A stretch of 64,000 nt of DNA from Candidatus Omnitrophota bacterium (GCA_023227985.1 JALOCB010000005.1:5983-69982); one strand, 5' to 3'. Positions 23,477-34,237 are shown, counted from the first letter of the stretch. Translations and numbers: made by a program. Notes: a model not told the origin generated them from the sequence alone.

Positions 23477-24109
23477 ATGGCAAGGTATACAGAAGCGGTT
23501 TGCAGGTTGTGCAGAAGAGAGCAAAAGAAATTATTCCTTAAGGGGACCAAGTGCAACACTGACAAGTGCCCGATCACCAAGCGTAATTTCGCGCCCGGCC
23601 AGCATGGGCCGACCAAGACCCGTATAAAGATGTCCAACTACGGTCTGCAGCTGCGCGAAAAACAAAGGGTAAAGAGAATGTACGGCGTCCTGGAGAGGCA
23701 GTTCCGCCGCTATTTCGCGGAGGCTGCGAAATCCAAGGGCGTTACCGGCAAAGTCCTTCTGCAGCTTTTGGAGAGACGGCTGGATAACGTCATCTTCCGG
23801 ATGGGGCTGGGGGTTTCCCGGTCGCAGGCACGTCAGATCGTCAGGCATAACTTCGTGGAAGTCAATTCCAAGCGCGTGAATATCCCGTCTTATCAGATCG
23901 TGGTAGGCGAGACTATTTCGATCAAGGCTAAGGATAAGGCTAAGAATAAGCTGAAGGAGAATATGGAGCTTTCCAAAAGCCGCACTGTCCCTTCCTGGCT
24001 GCAGTTCGAGCCGGCGAATATGACCGCGCATGTGATCCGCCTTCCGGAAAAGGGCGATATCCTCATGCCGATCGAAGAACAGTTGATCGTCGAGTTGTAT
24101 TCCAAATAA
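23477..24109 (+). CDS. rpsD: 30S ribosomal protein S4
   Basis: 210 aa; N-terminal Cys cluster CRLCRRE…CNTDKC; S4 domain. Confidence 0.93.
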   Translation: MARYTEAVCRLCRREQKKLFLKGTKCNTDKCPITKRNFAPGQHGPTKTRIKMSNYGLQLREKQRVKRMYGVLERQFRRYFAEAAKSKGVTGKVLLQLLERRLDNVIFRMGLGVSRSQARQIVRHNFVEVNSKRVNIPSYQIVVGETISIKAKDKAKNKLKENMELSKSRTVPSWLQFEPANMTAHVIRLPEKGDILMPIEEQLIVELYSK

Positions 24110-24193
24110 CAGGTAATTTCCCGTTTCGGACGGGTTAACCAAACAAACGCAACGAGAAGCAACGGCGTTGCCGAAGTATTAAGGAGAGCGCAT

Positions 24194-25183
24194 ATGGGTG
24201 TTAAGTGGAGAGATTTTCAACTACCAAAAAAATTGGAATGCGAGGAGTCGAGCAGCACGGATACTTACGGGAAGTTTTTTGCCGCTCCTTTTGAAAAGGG
24301 TTACGCGATCACTCTGGGCAATTCATTAAGGCGCGTCCTGTTGTCTTCAATAGAAGGCAGCGCGGTCACTTCGATCAAGATCACCGGCGTTCAGCACGAG
24401 TTTTCGTCCGTTCCGGGGGTGGTCGAGGACGTTACCGAGATAATCCTTAACCTGAAAAACCTTATCCTGCGTTCGCACTCGAAGGTCCCCAAAACACTGG
24501 TGATCAAGAAGAACGGCAAAGGCCCGGTAAAGGCCAAGGATATCGCGACCGATGAAACGGTTGAGATAATCAATCCCGAACTGCATATCTGCACTCTGAC
24601 CAAAGACATCAAATTCCATATGGAATTGGAAGTGGCCAGGGGCCGCGGTTATGTGACCCAGGAAGCAAATAAGAAAGAAGACCAGGCTATCGGCGTTATT
24701 CCGATCGATTCGATATTTTCCCCGGTGAGAAAAGTTAATTTCTCGGTGGAGAATACCCGCGTCGGCCAGAAGACCGATTACGATAAGCTGAGCCTTGAGA
24801 TATGGACTAACGGCGGGATCAGCCCGAAAGACGCGCTTCTGTACGCGTCCAACATACTTCAGCGCCATCTGGATATCTTCGTTAATTTCGGCCAGCTGCC
24901 GGAGGAAGAAGATGACGAGCCGGAGATGACCCAGGAAGAAACAGCGCTGTATGAGAAGCTGAGGCTTCCGATCTCGGAGCTGGAGCTTTCCGTGCGCAGC
25001 TCGAATTGCCTGCGCGAGGCCAATATCAAGACCATCGCCGACCTGGTCCGCCGGGCCGAGGATGAGATGCTTGGCTTCAAGAATTTCGGCAAGAAGTCGT
25101 TGACCGAGATAAAGCAGCTTTTGGGCGGTATGGGATTAAGCCTGGGCACCCCGATCGATCTTAAAAAACTCAAGAAATCTTAA
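24194..25183 (+). CDS. rpoA: DNA-directed RNA polymerase alpha subunit
   Basis: 329 aa; N-terminal assembly domain and C-terminal domain (…LELSVRSSNCLR…). Confidence 0.93.
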   Translation: MGVKWRDFQLPKKLECEESSSTDTYGKFFAAPFEKGYAITLGNSLRRVLLSSIEGSAVTSIKITGVQHEFSSVPGVVEDVTEIILNLKNLILRSHSKVPKTLVIKKNGKGPVKAKDIATDETVEIINPELHICTLTKDIKFHMELEVARGRGYVTQEANKKEDQAIGVIPIDSIFSPVRKVNFSVENTRVGQKTDYDKLSLEIWTNGGISPKDALLYASNILQRHLDIFVNFGQLPEEEDDEPEMTQEETALYEKLRLPISELELSVRSSNCLREANIKTIADLVRRAEDEMLGFKNFGKKSLTEIKQLLGGMGLSLGTPIDLKKLKKS

Positions 25184-25196
25184 GAGGATATGAACG

Positions 25197-25769
25197 ATGA
25201 GACACAAAAAAGCAAAAGATAACCTTAACCGGATCACCAGTTGGCGCAAGGCCACCTTGATCAGCATGGTCAAAAGCCTCCTGAAATACCAGAGGATCAA
25301 GACCACTCTGGTCCGCGCAAAAATGGTCCGTTCCATTGCTGATAAGCTTATCACAATGGCCAAGAAGAACACCCTGGCGCAAAAACGCCAAGCCAATCAG
25401 ATCCTCTCAGACCATAAGCTGGTTTCGGTCCTTTTCGAGGATATCGGCCCGCGTTTCGCCAAGAGGCAGTCCGGCTTTACCCGCATATTGAAACTGGGTT
25501 TTCGCCGCGGGGATAACGCCGAACTGGTAGTCCTGGAATTCACCGAGATAAAAGAAAATAAAAAGAAAACGGCGAAAGCCGAAACCGCGGCAAAAACAGA
25601 GCATCCGTCCGCACCGCAAGAGCACGCGGAAAAAGACAGATCCGCTGAGCAGGACCGGCCCAAGGCAGAGCATAAGGCAGGCGAAAAGCCGGCGGCCGGG
25701 CCGAAACCCGCGAAGAAGTTTTTAGGCGGCATAAGGGATATTTTCAAGAAGGAAAGAGACTCGTTATAA
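25197..25769 (+). CDS. rplQ: 50S ribosomal protein L17 with ~70-aa K/E/A/P-rich C-terminal extension
   Basis: N-terminal ~120 aa typical L17 (MRHKKAKDNLNRITSWRKA…); low-complexity tail. Confidence 0.88.
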   Translation: MRHKKAKDNLNRITSWRKATLISMVKSLLKYQRIKTTLVRAKMVRSIADKLITMAKKNTLAQKRQANQILSDHKLVSVLFEDIGPRFAKRQSGFTRILKLGFRRGDNAELVVLEFTEIKENKKKTAKAETAAKTEHPSAPQEHAEKDRSAEQDRPKAEHKAGEKPAAGPKPAKKFLGGIRDIFKKERDSL

Positions 25770-25796
25770 AACATTGTTATGCCAATTACAGATCTA

Positions 25797-25852
25797 AAGA
25801 CGAAGACTTGCGGGGAAATAAGCTGATTTTCACGTAAGTCTTCGTTTTTTTT
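25797..25852 (+). terminator. Rho-independent terminator closing the ribosomal super-operon
   Basis: AAGACGAAGACTT…AAGTCTTCG stem followed by T8 (25845-25852). Confidence 0.75.
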
Positions 25853-25867
25853 AACTGACGATTAAAA

Positions 25868-27043
25868 ATGAAAATTAATACCAGGATAGCTGAAAGGCTG
25901 GCGAAGATAAACCCGTCTTCAACTCTGGCCATTACCGCCAAAGCGAATAAGCTCAAGGCCGACGGCAGGGATGTGGTCAGTTTTGCCGCCGGCGAGCCGG
26001 ATTTCGATACCCCGGAGCCGATCAAGGCCGCGGCGATCAATGCGATAAACTCCGGCTTCACCAAATATACCCCGACCACCGGCACCCAGGAATTAAAAGC
26101 GGCTATCGTGAACAAATTCAAAAAGGAAAACAATCTCACATACGCGCCGCATCAGATCGTTGTTTCCTGCGGCGCAAAGCACAGTATCTTCAATACGCTG
26201 TTCGTTTTAGTCGAAGCCGGGGACGAGGTGATCATCCCGTCTCCGTATTGGGTGAGCTACCCGGAGATGGTCAATCTCTGCCAGGCATCGCCTAAACTGA
26301 TAAAGACCAGCGCGGCGAACGGCTTTAAAATGACCCCCAGGGAGTTAAAGACGTATATCGGCCCCAAGACCAAGGCGCTTATCCTGAATTCGCCTTCAAA
26401 TCCAACGGGATGCGTGTATACTGAGAATGAATTGCGGGCGATCGCTGATATATGCGTGTGCAATAAAATGTTTGTGATCAGCGACGAGATATATGAAAAA
26501 ATGATCTATGATAATATCCAAACCGCGTCCATCGCGTCGTTCAATAAGGATATTTATGATTTGACCATCACGGTCAACGGGCTTTCCAAAAGCCACGCGA
26601 TGACCGGCTGGCGCATCGGGTATATCGGAGGCCCCGCGGATATAATCGCGGCGATCTCGAAATTTCAGGACCACTCGACCTCTAATCCGGTTTCCATCAG
26701 CCAAAAAGCGGCGGTGGCAGCGTTGGCGATGCCGGATGAGGCCACGCGGGCAATGACCGCGGAGTTCCAGAAGCGCAGGGATTATATCGTTCAGCGGATA
26801 TCGGCTATGACAAAAATATCCTGTGTGATCCCCAGAGGCGCGTTTTATATTTTCTGCGATATTTCAAAAACAGGGCTTGATTCTATGACGATAGCGACCC
26901 GCCTGCTCGATGAACAAATGGTGGCGGTTATCCCCGGTATTGCATTCGGCAACGATGATTGCATACGCCTGAGCTTTGCCACAGGGCTTAAACAGATAGA
27001 AAAAGGCATGGACAGGCTCGAACTTTGGCTTAATAAATTATAA
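25868..27043 (+). CDS. Aspartate/aromatic aminotransferase (PLP-dependent, class I)
   Basis: 391 aa; SKSHAMTGWRIGY lysine-PLP motif. Confidence 0.8.
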   Translation: MKINTRIAERLAKINPSSTLAITAKANKLKADGRDVVSFAAGEPDFDTPEPIKAAAINAINSGFTKYTPTTGTQELKAAIVNKFKKENNLTYAPHQIVVSCGAKHSIFNTLFVLVEAGDEVIIPSPYWVSYPEMVNLCQASPKLIKTSAANGFKMTPRELKTYIGPKTKALILNSPSNPTGCVYTENELRAIADICVCNKMFVISDEIYEKMIYDNIQTASIASFNKDIYDLTITVNGLSKSHAMTGWRIGYIGGPADIIAAISKFQDHSTSNPVSISQKAAVAALAMPDEATRAMTAEFQKRRDYIVQRISAMTKISCVIPRGAFYIFCDISKTGLDSMTIATRLLDEQMVAVIPGIAFGNDDCIRLSFATGLKQIEKGMDRLELWLNKL

Positions 27044-27069
27044 AATCGCGTTCGGAGAAAAAAGAACAT

Positions 27070-28323
27070 ATGGGTAAAACAATAGCGGAGAAGATCTTAA
27101 GCAAGCACGCTGGCCGGGATGTCAGCGCCGGCGATTTTGCCCTTTGCGGCATCGATTTCGCCTTTGGCCAGGACGGAACATCATCGATCATAATCGATCA
27201 GATCAAGGAACTCGGCGTAAGCAGCCTGAAGACAAAATTCCGAATGGTCATCGACCATAGCGCGCCGTCGCCGAGCGAAGGGGTTTCCCGGGTGCATAAA
27301 AAGATGCGCCAGTTTGCCGCAGACCATAAAGCCGGGCTTTTTGATGTCGGATGCGGGGTTTGCCATCAGGTGATCCCGGAATCCGGCTGCGTTTTGCCCG
27401 GATACCTGGTCCTTGGTGCGGATTCGCATACCTGCACCTATGGGGCGATCGGCGTATTCTCTACCGGCGTGGGTTCTACCGACCTGGCCGTGGCTCTGGC
27501 TACCGGAAAGAACTGGTTCAAGGTCCCGGCAACGATCAAGATCGTATTGAAAGGCAGGATCCCGAAAGGCATATTCGCCAAGGATATCATTTTATATGTG
27601 ATCTCAAGGACCACTGCCAGCGGCGCCACTTATAAAGCGGTGGAGTTCTGCGGGCCGGTCATCGACAAGATCGACATGGACGGCAGGTTCACTATGTGCA
27701 ATATGGTGGTGGAGATGGGCGCGAAGGCCGGTTTTATGCCCCAGGACAATAAGACCCGGGATTGGTTCAGGAAGAACGTCCCGTCGGCTAAGAAAATAAT
27801 TCCGGTCGCTGCTGACCCGGACGCGGTTTATGAGCGTGTCCTGGAGCTTGATATATCCGGGCTTAAGCCCCAGGTCTCGGTGCCGCATAACGTGGATACC
27901 GTGACTGAGGCGGATAAATTAAAGGGCATAAAGATAAACGAGGCGTTCCTGGGGACCTGCACCAACGGAAGGCTCGCCGACCTTAAGGTCGCCGCTAAAA
28001 TATTGAAGAATAAGAAGGTCGCTTCCGGGGTGCGTTTTATCATCGCCGCCGCGTCGCGCCCGATCTTCCTCGAGGCTCTTGACCTGGGATTGATCGATAT
28101 TTTTGTAAAGGCGGGGGCAGTGGTAGTGGCTCCTGGATGCGGGCCATGCGTCGGAACGCATAACGGCATACCCGCTGATGGCGAGATAGTCATCTCCACG
28201 GCTAACAGGAATTTCAAAGGCAGGATGGGCAATCCTAAAGCGTTTATTTATCTGGCGTCTCCGGCAACAGTCTGCGCTTCAGCGATCACCGGCCGGATAA
28301 CTGATCCCAGAAAATACCTATAA
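27070..28323 (+). CDS. leuC: 3-isopropylmalate dehydratase / homoaconitase large subunit, short archaeal type
   Basis: 417 aa; aconitase-family Fe-S ligands (GTCTNGR, PGCGPCVG). Confidence 0.75.
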   Translation: MGKTIAEKILSKHAGRDVSAGDFALCGIDFAFGQDGTSSIIIDQIKELGVSSLKTKFRMVIDHSAPSPSEGVSRVHKKMRQFAADHKAGLFDVGCGVCHQVIPESGCVLPGYLVLGADSHTCTYGAIGVFSTGVGSTDLAVALATGKNWFKVPATIKIVLKGRIPKGIFAKDIILYVISRTTASGATYKAVEFCGPVIDKIDMDGRFTMCNMVVEMGAKAGFMPQDNKTRDWFRKNVPSAKKIIPVAADPDAVYERVLELDISGLKPQVSVPHNVDTVTEADKLKGIKINEAFLGTCTNGRLADLKVAAKILKNKKVASGVRFIIAAASRPIFLEALDLGLIDIFVKAGAVVVAPGCGPCVGTHNGIPADGEIVISTANRNFKGRMGNPKAFIYLASPATVCASAITGRITDPRKYL

Positions 28324-28330
28324 AAGGGGG

Positions 28331-29383
28331 ATGGGGATGGATATGCATCAATTACTTGTATTGTGCATCGAAAGAAAGGCCTCTGACCTTCATTTTTCCG
28401 AGAATGAGCCTCCGCTCTTGCGCGTCGACGGAAAATTGATCCGCACCGATCTGCCCGCCTTGAACCAGGATGACCTTAAAAAATTGGTCTACGGAGTGCT
28501 CACTGATTCCCAGAAGGAGATCTTCGAAAAGAACCTGGAATTGGATTTTTCCCTGGCTTTGCAGGGGCTTGACCGGTTCCGGGTGAATATCCATATGCAA
28601 AAGGGCACGGTTGAGGCCGCTTTCCGCAGGGTGCCCCTGGTCATCCCCAGCGTCGAACAGTTAGGGCTTCCTCCGGTGGTCATTGACCTGGCCCGCAGGC
28701 CGAACGGCCTGGTCCTGGTAACCGGGCCGACCGGCGTGGGCAAAACCACGACCCTGGCGTCGATGGTCAACCTGATCAACCAGGAAAGGGAGTGCCTGAT
28801 CATATCCATCGAAGACCCGATAGAGTTCATCTACAGCAACAAAAAATCCATAATAAAACAGAGGGAATTATATTCGGATACGCATTCTTTTTCCGACGCT
28901 TTAAGGCATTGCCTCAGGCAGGACCCCGACGTCATCGTAGTCGGCGAAATGCGCGACCTGGAGACGATATCCACTACGCTTACCGCCGCGGAAACCGGGC
29001 ATCTTGTCCTGGCTACATTGCATACGCCGGACGCGCCGCAGACCGTGGAAAGGATCATCGACGTATTCCCGCCGCATCAACAGGCGCAGGTAAAGCTGCA
29101 GTTAGCGGATTGTTTGCAGGGAGTAGTGTCGCAGCTTTTGCTGCCGAATGCCTCGGGTTCAGGCAGAGTGTTGGCGACCGAAGTTATGATTGCCACCCCG
29201 GGTATCCGCAATCTTATCCGCGAACAGGAAGTTGAGCAGATACCCACTTTGATGCAAACCGGAAGCCAATACGGCATGCATACAATGGATAAATCTTTAA
29301 AGTCTTTATATTCAAAGGGGATTATCACTTTGGACGCGGCAATGACCAAGGTTAAAAATCCCGAAGAATTCCGCCAGCTGTAG
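28331..29383 (+). CDS. pilT: Type IV pilus retraction ATPase PilT
   Basis: 350 aa; Walker A GPTGVGKTT; GIRNLIRE motif. True start possibly ATG 28337. Confidence 0.8.
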   Translation: MGMDMHQLLVLCIERKASDLHFSENEPPLLRVDGKLIRTDLPALNQDDLKKLVYGVLTDSQKEIFEKNLELDFSLALQGLDRFRVNIHMQKGTVEAAFRRVPLVIPSVEQLGLPPVVIDLARRPNGLVLVTGPTGVGKTTTLASMVNLINQERECLIISIEDPIEFIYSNKKSIIKQRELYSDTHSFSDALRHCLRQDPDVIVVGEMRDLETISTTLTAAETGHLVLATLHTPDAPQTVERIIDVFPPHQQAQVKLQLADCLQGVVSQLLLPNASGSGRVLATEVMIATPGIRNLIREQEVEQIPTLMQTGSQYGMHTMDKSLKSLYSKGIITLDAAMTKVKNPEEFRQL

Positions 29384-29471
29384 ACGTTGTAGCTAACCCG
29401 CTGGCGTGTTTAGCTTTACAATTAAATGTTATATCACTCAATTTAGTCCGGTTTAGTAATTTATTTGTAAC

Positions 29472-30017
29472 TTGTTAAATGATAGACGGTTACGTACAAC
29501 GTCTACTGGGGGAAGAGTGGAAATAAAAGGGAACACGGTAAGGTTAGGGGATGATATTAATACGGATTTTATAATTTCCGGAAGGTATAAGTTCGCGATC
29601 ACTGATATTAAAGAATTATCCAAGCATATTATGGAAGATATTGACCCGGATTTTTCAAAAAAGATCGTTCCCGGGGATACGATCCTGGTCGCCGGCAAGA
29701 ACTTCGGTATGGGCTCGTCGCGCGAGCAGGCGCCGCTGGTAATAAAAGGCGCCGGGCTGGTGGCTGTGCTGGCGGAATCTTTCGCCCGGATATTCTTTCG
29801 CAACGCCTTTAATGTCGGCCTGCTTTTGATCGAGACCGATACCAGCAAGATCGAGGCGAACGACCGTCTGGAGATCGACTTGGATAAAGGCAAGGTGGTT
29901 AACCTTACCAAAGATCTGCAGTTGAATATCAAGCCTTTGCCCGGCTTTATGCAGGAATTCCTGAAAGAAGGCGGGGTAGTTAATTATATCAATAAACACG
30001 GCGAACTTAAGGTATAA
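29472..30017 (+). CDS. leuD: 3-isopropylmalate dehydratase / homoaconitase small subunit
   Basis: Aconitase swivel-domain fold. Likely real start is GTG 29517 (VEIKGN…) preceded by GGGGGAAG RBS. Confidence 0.75.
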   Translation: MLNDRRLRTTSTGGRVEIKGNTVRLGDDINTDFIISGRYKFAITDIKELSKHIMEDIDPDFSKKIVPGDTILVAGKNFGMGSSREQAPLVIKGAGLVAVLAESFARIFFRNAFNVGLLLIETDTSKIEANDRLEIDLDKGKVVNLTKDLQLNIKPLPGFMQEFLKEGGVVNYINKHGELKV

Positions 30018-30036
30018 GCAAAAACCGAGGCAGGCT

Positions 30037-31119
30037 ATGGCAAAATATACGGTGACATTGATTCCGGGCGACGGCATCGGCCCGGAGGTTTCCCAGGCGG
30101 CGCGCCGGTGCATTGACGCCACCGGGGTAAAGATAGACTGGGAAGTGATGCAGGCAGGCCAGATCGCTATGGAGCAGTGCGGGGAGCTTTTGCCGCAGAA
30201 AGTTTTGGATTCTGTAAAGAAAAACAAGGTGGCCTTAAAGGGCCCGATAATCACGCCCATTGGCACGGGGTTCCGTTCGGTTAACGTGGCTATCCGTCAG
30301 GCGCTGGATCTTTACACCTGCCTGCGGCCGGCCAAATCCTATCCCGGGGTAAAAAGCCGCTATCAGGACATCGACCTGGTTATTGTCCGTGAGAATACCG
30401 AAGACCTGTATGCCGGGATCGAGTTTGAGATCGGCAAGCCTGAGACGGAAAAGTTAATAAAAGAAATAATCCTGGCTTCTAAAAAAAATATCCGTCCGGA
30501 TTCCGGGATATCCATCAAGCCCATTTCCGAGACCGCGACCAGGAAAATCGTCCGTTTCGCTTTTGAATACGCGGCCAAGAATAACCGCAAGAAGGTCACC
30601 TGCGTGACAAAAGCGAATATAATGAAATTCACCGACGGCCTGTTCCTGCAGACCGCCAGGGCTGTAGCTAAGGATTACGAGGGCAAGATCGTTTTTGAGG
30701 AAGCTCTGGTCGACAATATGTGCATGCAACTGGTGCAGAAACCGCATAATTTCGACGTGCTGGTCCTGCCGAACCTCTACGGCGATATTCTTTCCGATCT
30801 GTGCGCCGGACTGATCGGCGGATTGGGGATCGCCCCCGGAGCGAATATCGGTGACGGTATAGCGGTATTCGAGGCTGTTCACGGATCAGCGCCCAAATAC
30901 GCCGGCCAGAATAAAGTCAATCCTACGGCAATGATCTTATCCGGGGTACTGATGCTGCGCTACCTCAATGAAGAGAAAGCCGCGGACCGGCTGGAATCTG
31001 CTTTAAAGGCTGTGCTGGCAGAAGGAAAAGACGTTACTTATGACCTTAAACCGCGGCGCGATGACCCGTCCGCAGTGGGGACGGGCGAGATGACGGACGC
31101 TATAATCAAAAAACTATGA
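30037..31119 (+). CDS. Isocitrate / 3-isopropylmalate dehydrogenase family (beta-decarboxylating dehydrogenase)
   Basis: 360 aa; [13 protein letters not shown]-terminal motif. Confidence 0.75.
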   Translation: MAKYTVTLIPGDGIGPEVSQAARRCIDATGVKIDWEVMQAGQIAMEQCGELLPQKVLDSVKKNKVALKGPIITPIGTGFRSVNVAIRQALDLYTCLRPAKSYPGVKSRYQDIDLVIVRENTEDLYAGIEFEIGKPETEKLIKEIILASKKNIRPDSGISIKPISETATRKIVRFAFEYAAKNNRKKVTCVTKANIMKFTDGLFLQTARAVAKDYEGKIVFEEALVDNMCMQLVQKPHNFDVLVLPNLYGDILSDLCAGLIGGLGIAPGANIGDGIAVFEAVHGSAPKYAGQNKVNPTAMILSGVLMLRYLNEEKAADRLESALKAVLAEGKDVTYDLKPRRDDPSAVGTGEMTDAIIKKL

Positions 31120-32039
31120 AAATATCTATTATCGGAGCGGGTAATGTAGGCGGGACTGCGGCTTTGCGCGTGGCCCAGGAAAATATCGGCGATGTGGTAT
31201 TGATCGACGTGGTCCCGGGAATGGCCAAAGGAAAAGGCTTCGACCTGGCTGACAGCCGCTGGCTGGCCGGGAAAAATTATCAGCTTACCGGCACGGATGA
31301 TATCAACGGGCTTAAAGGATCGGATATTGTGGTGATCACCGCCGGCCTGGCCCGCAAGCCGGGAATGACCAGGGAAGACCTGTTGAACAAGAACAGCCAG
31401 ATCCTTAAATCCGTCTGCGTCAAGGTCAAAGAATTGGCGGCGAACGCGGTGGTGATCATCGTGACCAATCCTCTGGATGTGATGACTTATTTCGCGGTAA
31501 AAACATTGGAATTTCTGCCGGGCAGGGTTTTCGGCATGGGTGTCACTTTGGACGCCAGCAGGTTCGCTAATTTGATCAGCGAGAAGTTATCGGTCGCGGC
31601 CACGGATATACAGCCGGTGGTTGTTGGTTGCCACGGCGAGGGGATGCTGCCATTGGCCCGTTTTACCAGGGTAAAGAATAAAGCGCTGACCGAGATCATC
31701 ACGGATAAAGCCGCGATCGCTGAATTACTCGATCGCACTGTTGACCGCGGCAAGGAGATAGTTTCACTGCTGGGCTCGGGAAGCGCGTATTACGCGCCGT
31801 CTGCCGCGATATGCCAGTTGGTCAAGGCAGTGGCAAAAGATGAAAAATTGACCTTAGGCGTATCCGCATATCTGAACGGGGAATACGGGCTTAAGGATAT
31901 AACCGTGGGCGTGCCTTGCCTTATCGGCCGCTTTGGCGTGGAAAAAGTCGTTGAGCTGGACCTTAACCCGGAAGAAAGATCCGCGTTCGTCAAATCCGCT
32001 GAATCTATTCGCCAGTTGACCAAGACCCTGGCTTTTTGA
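31116..32039 (+). CDS. mdh: Malate dehydrogenase (LDH-like family)
   Basis: 307 aa; [11 protein letters not shown] Rossmann motif. Confidence 0.8.
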   Translation: MKISIIGAGNVGGTAALRVAQENIGDVVLIDVVPGMAKGKGFDLADSRWLAGKNYQLTGTDDINGLKGSDIVVITAGLARKPGMTREDLLNKNSQILKSVCVKVKELAANAVVIIVTNPLDVMTYFAVKTLEFLPGRVFGMGVTLDASRFANLISEKLSVAATDIQPVVVGCHGEGMLPLARFTRVKNKALTEIITDKAAIAELLDRTVDRGKEIVSLLGSGSAYYAPSAAICQLVKAVAKDEKLTLGVSAYLNGEYGLKDITVGVPCLIGRFGVEKVVELDLNPEERSAFVKSAESIRQLTKTLAF

Positions 32040-32071
32040 ACAAAGCATAATCCAAATCCTGGAACGTTCCT

Positions 32072-33358
32072 ATGTATGACCTTACAGTGATCGGCGCGGG
32101 ATGGGCGGGATATAACGCCGCTATCGAGGCTCAAAAGCTGGGGGCTAAGGTCTGCCTTATCGAAATGGCCCTTATCGGCGGGACCTGCCTTAACCGGGGA
32201 TGCATACCGACCAAGGCTCTTCTGCAGTCGGCAAAGGTCCTGGATACCTGTAAAAAAGCGGCTAATTTCGGCGTAGATTCCCCGTCGCCTTCGGCTGATC
32301 TGGCCAGGATCCAGGCCAGGAAAAATAAAATAGTCGAGCAGCTGCGCCAAGGGATGCTTTCCCGGATCAACGGCATAGATTTCATCAATAAATCCTGCGT
32401 GATAATCGATGCGCAGACCATCCAGGCGCAGGACCAGGCCATAAAAACCACGGCGATGATCATAGCCACCGGTTCTTTCCCGGTCGAGCTGAAATCCTTC
32501 AAGTTCGACGGCAGCAAATTCCTTTCCAGCGACAATATCCTTAATCTTGAAGTCATCCCTAAATCGCTGTTGATCGTCGGCGGCGGGGTGATCGGCTGCG
32601 AATTCGCCAGTTTATTCTCCGGCCTGGGCACGCAGGTCCACATCGTTGAAATGATGGAACAGCTTCTGCCGGGCGAGGATAAAGAAATCAGCCGCAAGTT
32701 GGAGCTTTGTTTCAAAAAAAGATCGGTCAAGGTAAATACAGCGACAGACGCATCTGCGCTGGATATCGGCGCGTATGAAAAGGTGTTGGTCGCGGTCGGT
32801 CGCAGGCCTAATCTCGCCGGGTTGGATAAGCTCGGCCTGGAAGTTGAAAAAGGCGGCATCGCGGTAAATGAATTCCTGCAGACCAGCGTGCCCGGTGTTT
32901 ACGCGGCCGGAGACTGCACCGCAAAGATAATGCTGGCGCATTACGCGGCATACCAGGGAAAGACCGCGGCCTGGAATATCTGTAATCCGGATAAACTGCT
33001 GAAAGCGGATAATAAAGTCATCCCGGGGTGCATATTTACTAACCCGGAGATCGCCAGCTGCGGAATGAACGAAGAAGCCGCCAGGAAAAACAACATCGCG
33101 GTAACAGTGCATAAATTCGATTTCCTGGGTTCGGGAATGGCCAGGATACTTGATGAGACCGACGGTTTTATCAAGATCGTCGCCGAGGAAAAAAACGGAC
33201 GGATAATCGGCGGCTCGATCATCGGACCCAGGGCAACGGAGTTGATCAGCGTGATCTGCACAGCCGCGAGCTCGGGTTTAAGCGTCAGCCAGCTGAAAAG
33301 AACGATTATGGCCCATCCCAGCCTTTCCGAGGCGATAAACGAGGCCTTGGATAAATAA
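32072..33358 (+). CDS. lpd: Dihydrolipoyl dehydrogenase (class I pyridine nucleotide-disulfide oxidoreductase)
   Basis: 428 aa; GGTCLNRGCIPTK redox disulfide; C-terminal HAHPSLSE. Confidence 0.75.
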   Translation: MYDLTVIGAGWAGYNAAIEAQKLGAKVCLIEMALIGGTCLNRGCIPTKALLQSAKVLDTCKKAANFGVDSPSPSADLARIQARKNKIVEQLRQGMLSRINGIDFINKSCVIIDAQTIQAQDQAIKTTAMIIATGSFPVELKSFKFDGSKFLSSDNILNLEVIPKSLLIVGGGVIGCEFASLFSGLGTQVHIVEMMEQLLPGEDKEISRKLELCFKKRSVKVNTATDASALDIGAYEKVLVAVGRRPNLAGLDKLGLEVEKGGIAVNEFLQTSVPGVYAAGDCTAKIMLAHYAAYQGKTAAWNICNPDKLLKADNKVIPGCIFTNPEIASCGMNEEAARKNNIAVTVHKFDFLGSGMARILDETDGFIKIVAEEKNGRIIGGSIIGPRATELISVICTAASSGLSVSQLKRTIMAHPSLSEAINEALDK

Positions 33359-33371
33359 CCCGGTTTTAACG

Positions 33372-33992
33372 ATGCGCGAGGTTCATCAGCTTGGATTGAC
33401 GGATTATCAGTTTTCCCGGGACTTTCAGGCCGGGATCTTTGAAAAGGTTAAGAGCGGCTCTTTGAGATCTGCGCTTATTTTATGCCGGCATCGCCCGGTG
33501 ATCACTATGGGCAGGCAGGCAAAGCCTCAGAATATCAGATCCAGCCCGGCGGAGCTTGATATAAAAGGCATCCGCACGGTCTTTGTGGAACGCGGAGGGG
33601 ATGTGACCTACCACGGCCCGGGCCAGCTGGTCATTTATCCGGTCTGCGACCTGCGGTTCTTCGGCAAAGACCTGCATCATTACCTGCGTATGCTGGAAAG
33701 CCTGGTCATGGGGACATTGACCGAATCCGGCATAAACCCCTGCCGGAAACCGGGATTGACCGGGGTATGGGTGGATGAGGCGAAGATATCATCGATCGGC
33801 ATAGCGGTGCGTAATTGGATAAGCTATCATGGGATAGCCTTGAACGTGAAAAAGGATGACCTGGAGGGTTTTTCATTGATCAGGCCGTGCGGCATGGATA
33901 TACGGATGACCTCAATGGAAACTCTCCTCAACAGAGACGTCAGCTTTGAACAGGTCAGCTCGTCAATAATCAGGAGATTTCAGAAATGTTAA
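33372..33992 (+). CDS. lipB: Octanoyltransferase LipB
   Basis: 206 aa; RGGDVTYHGPGQLVIYP motif. Confidence 0.85.
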   Translation: MREVHQLGLTDYQFSRDFQAGIFEKVKSGSLRSALILCRHRPVITMGRQAKPQNIRSSPAELDIKGIRTVFVERGGDVTYHGPGQLVIYPVCDLRFFGKDLHHYLRMLESLVMGTLTESGINPCRKPGLTGVWVDEAKISSIGIAVRNWISYHGIALNVKKDDLEGFSLIRPCGMDIRMTSMETLLNRDVSFEQVSSSIIRRFQKC

Positions 33993-34222
33993 AGGCCATT
34001 TTGCCGGAGTTGGGACAGGGGATCGATAAGGCGACTGTATCATTCTGGTTTTTGAAAGAAGGCGACAAGGTCAAGGAAAAGGACGACTTAGTGGAACTGA
34101 CCACGGATAAAGCCGCGTTCAACCTTCCTTCGCCCGGAACAGGCACGATCACCGAGATATTCTTTCGCGAAGGCGAAACGGTGAATGTCGGCCAGGTCCT
34201 GGCGCATATCGACGAGAATTAA
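33986..34222 (+). CDS. Stand-alone lipoyl-attachment domain protein (78 aa)
   Basis: E2-type lipoyl motif [17 protein letters not shown]; overlaps the lipB stop. Confidence 0.6.
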   Translation: MLKAILPELGQGIDKATVSFWFLKEGDKVKEKDDLVELTTDKAAFNLPSPGTGTITEIFFREGETVNVGQVLAHIDEN

Positions 34223-34237
34223 CGGTAAAATTTTTTC

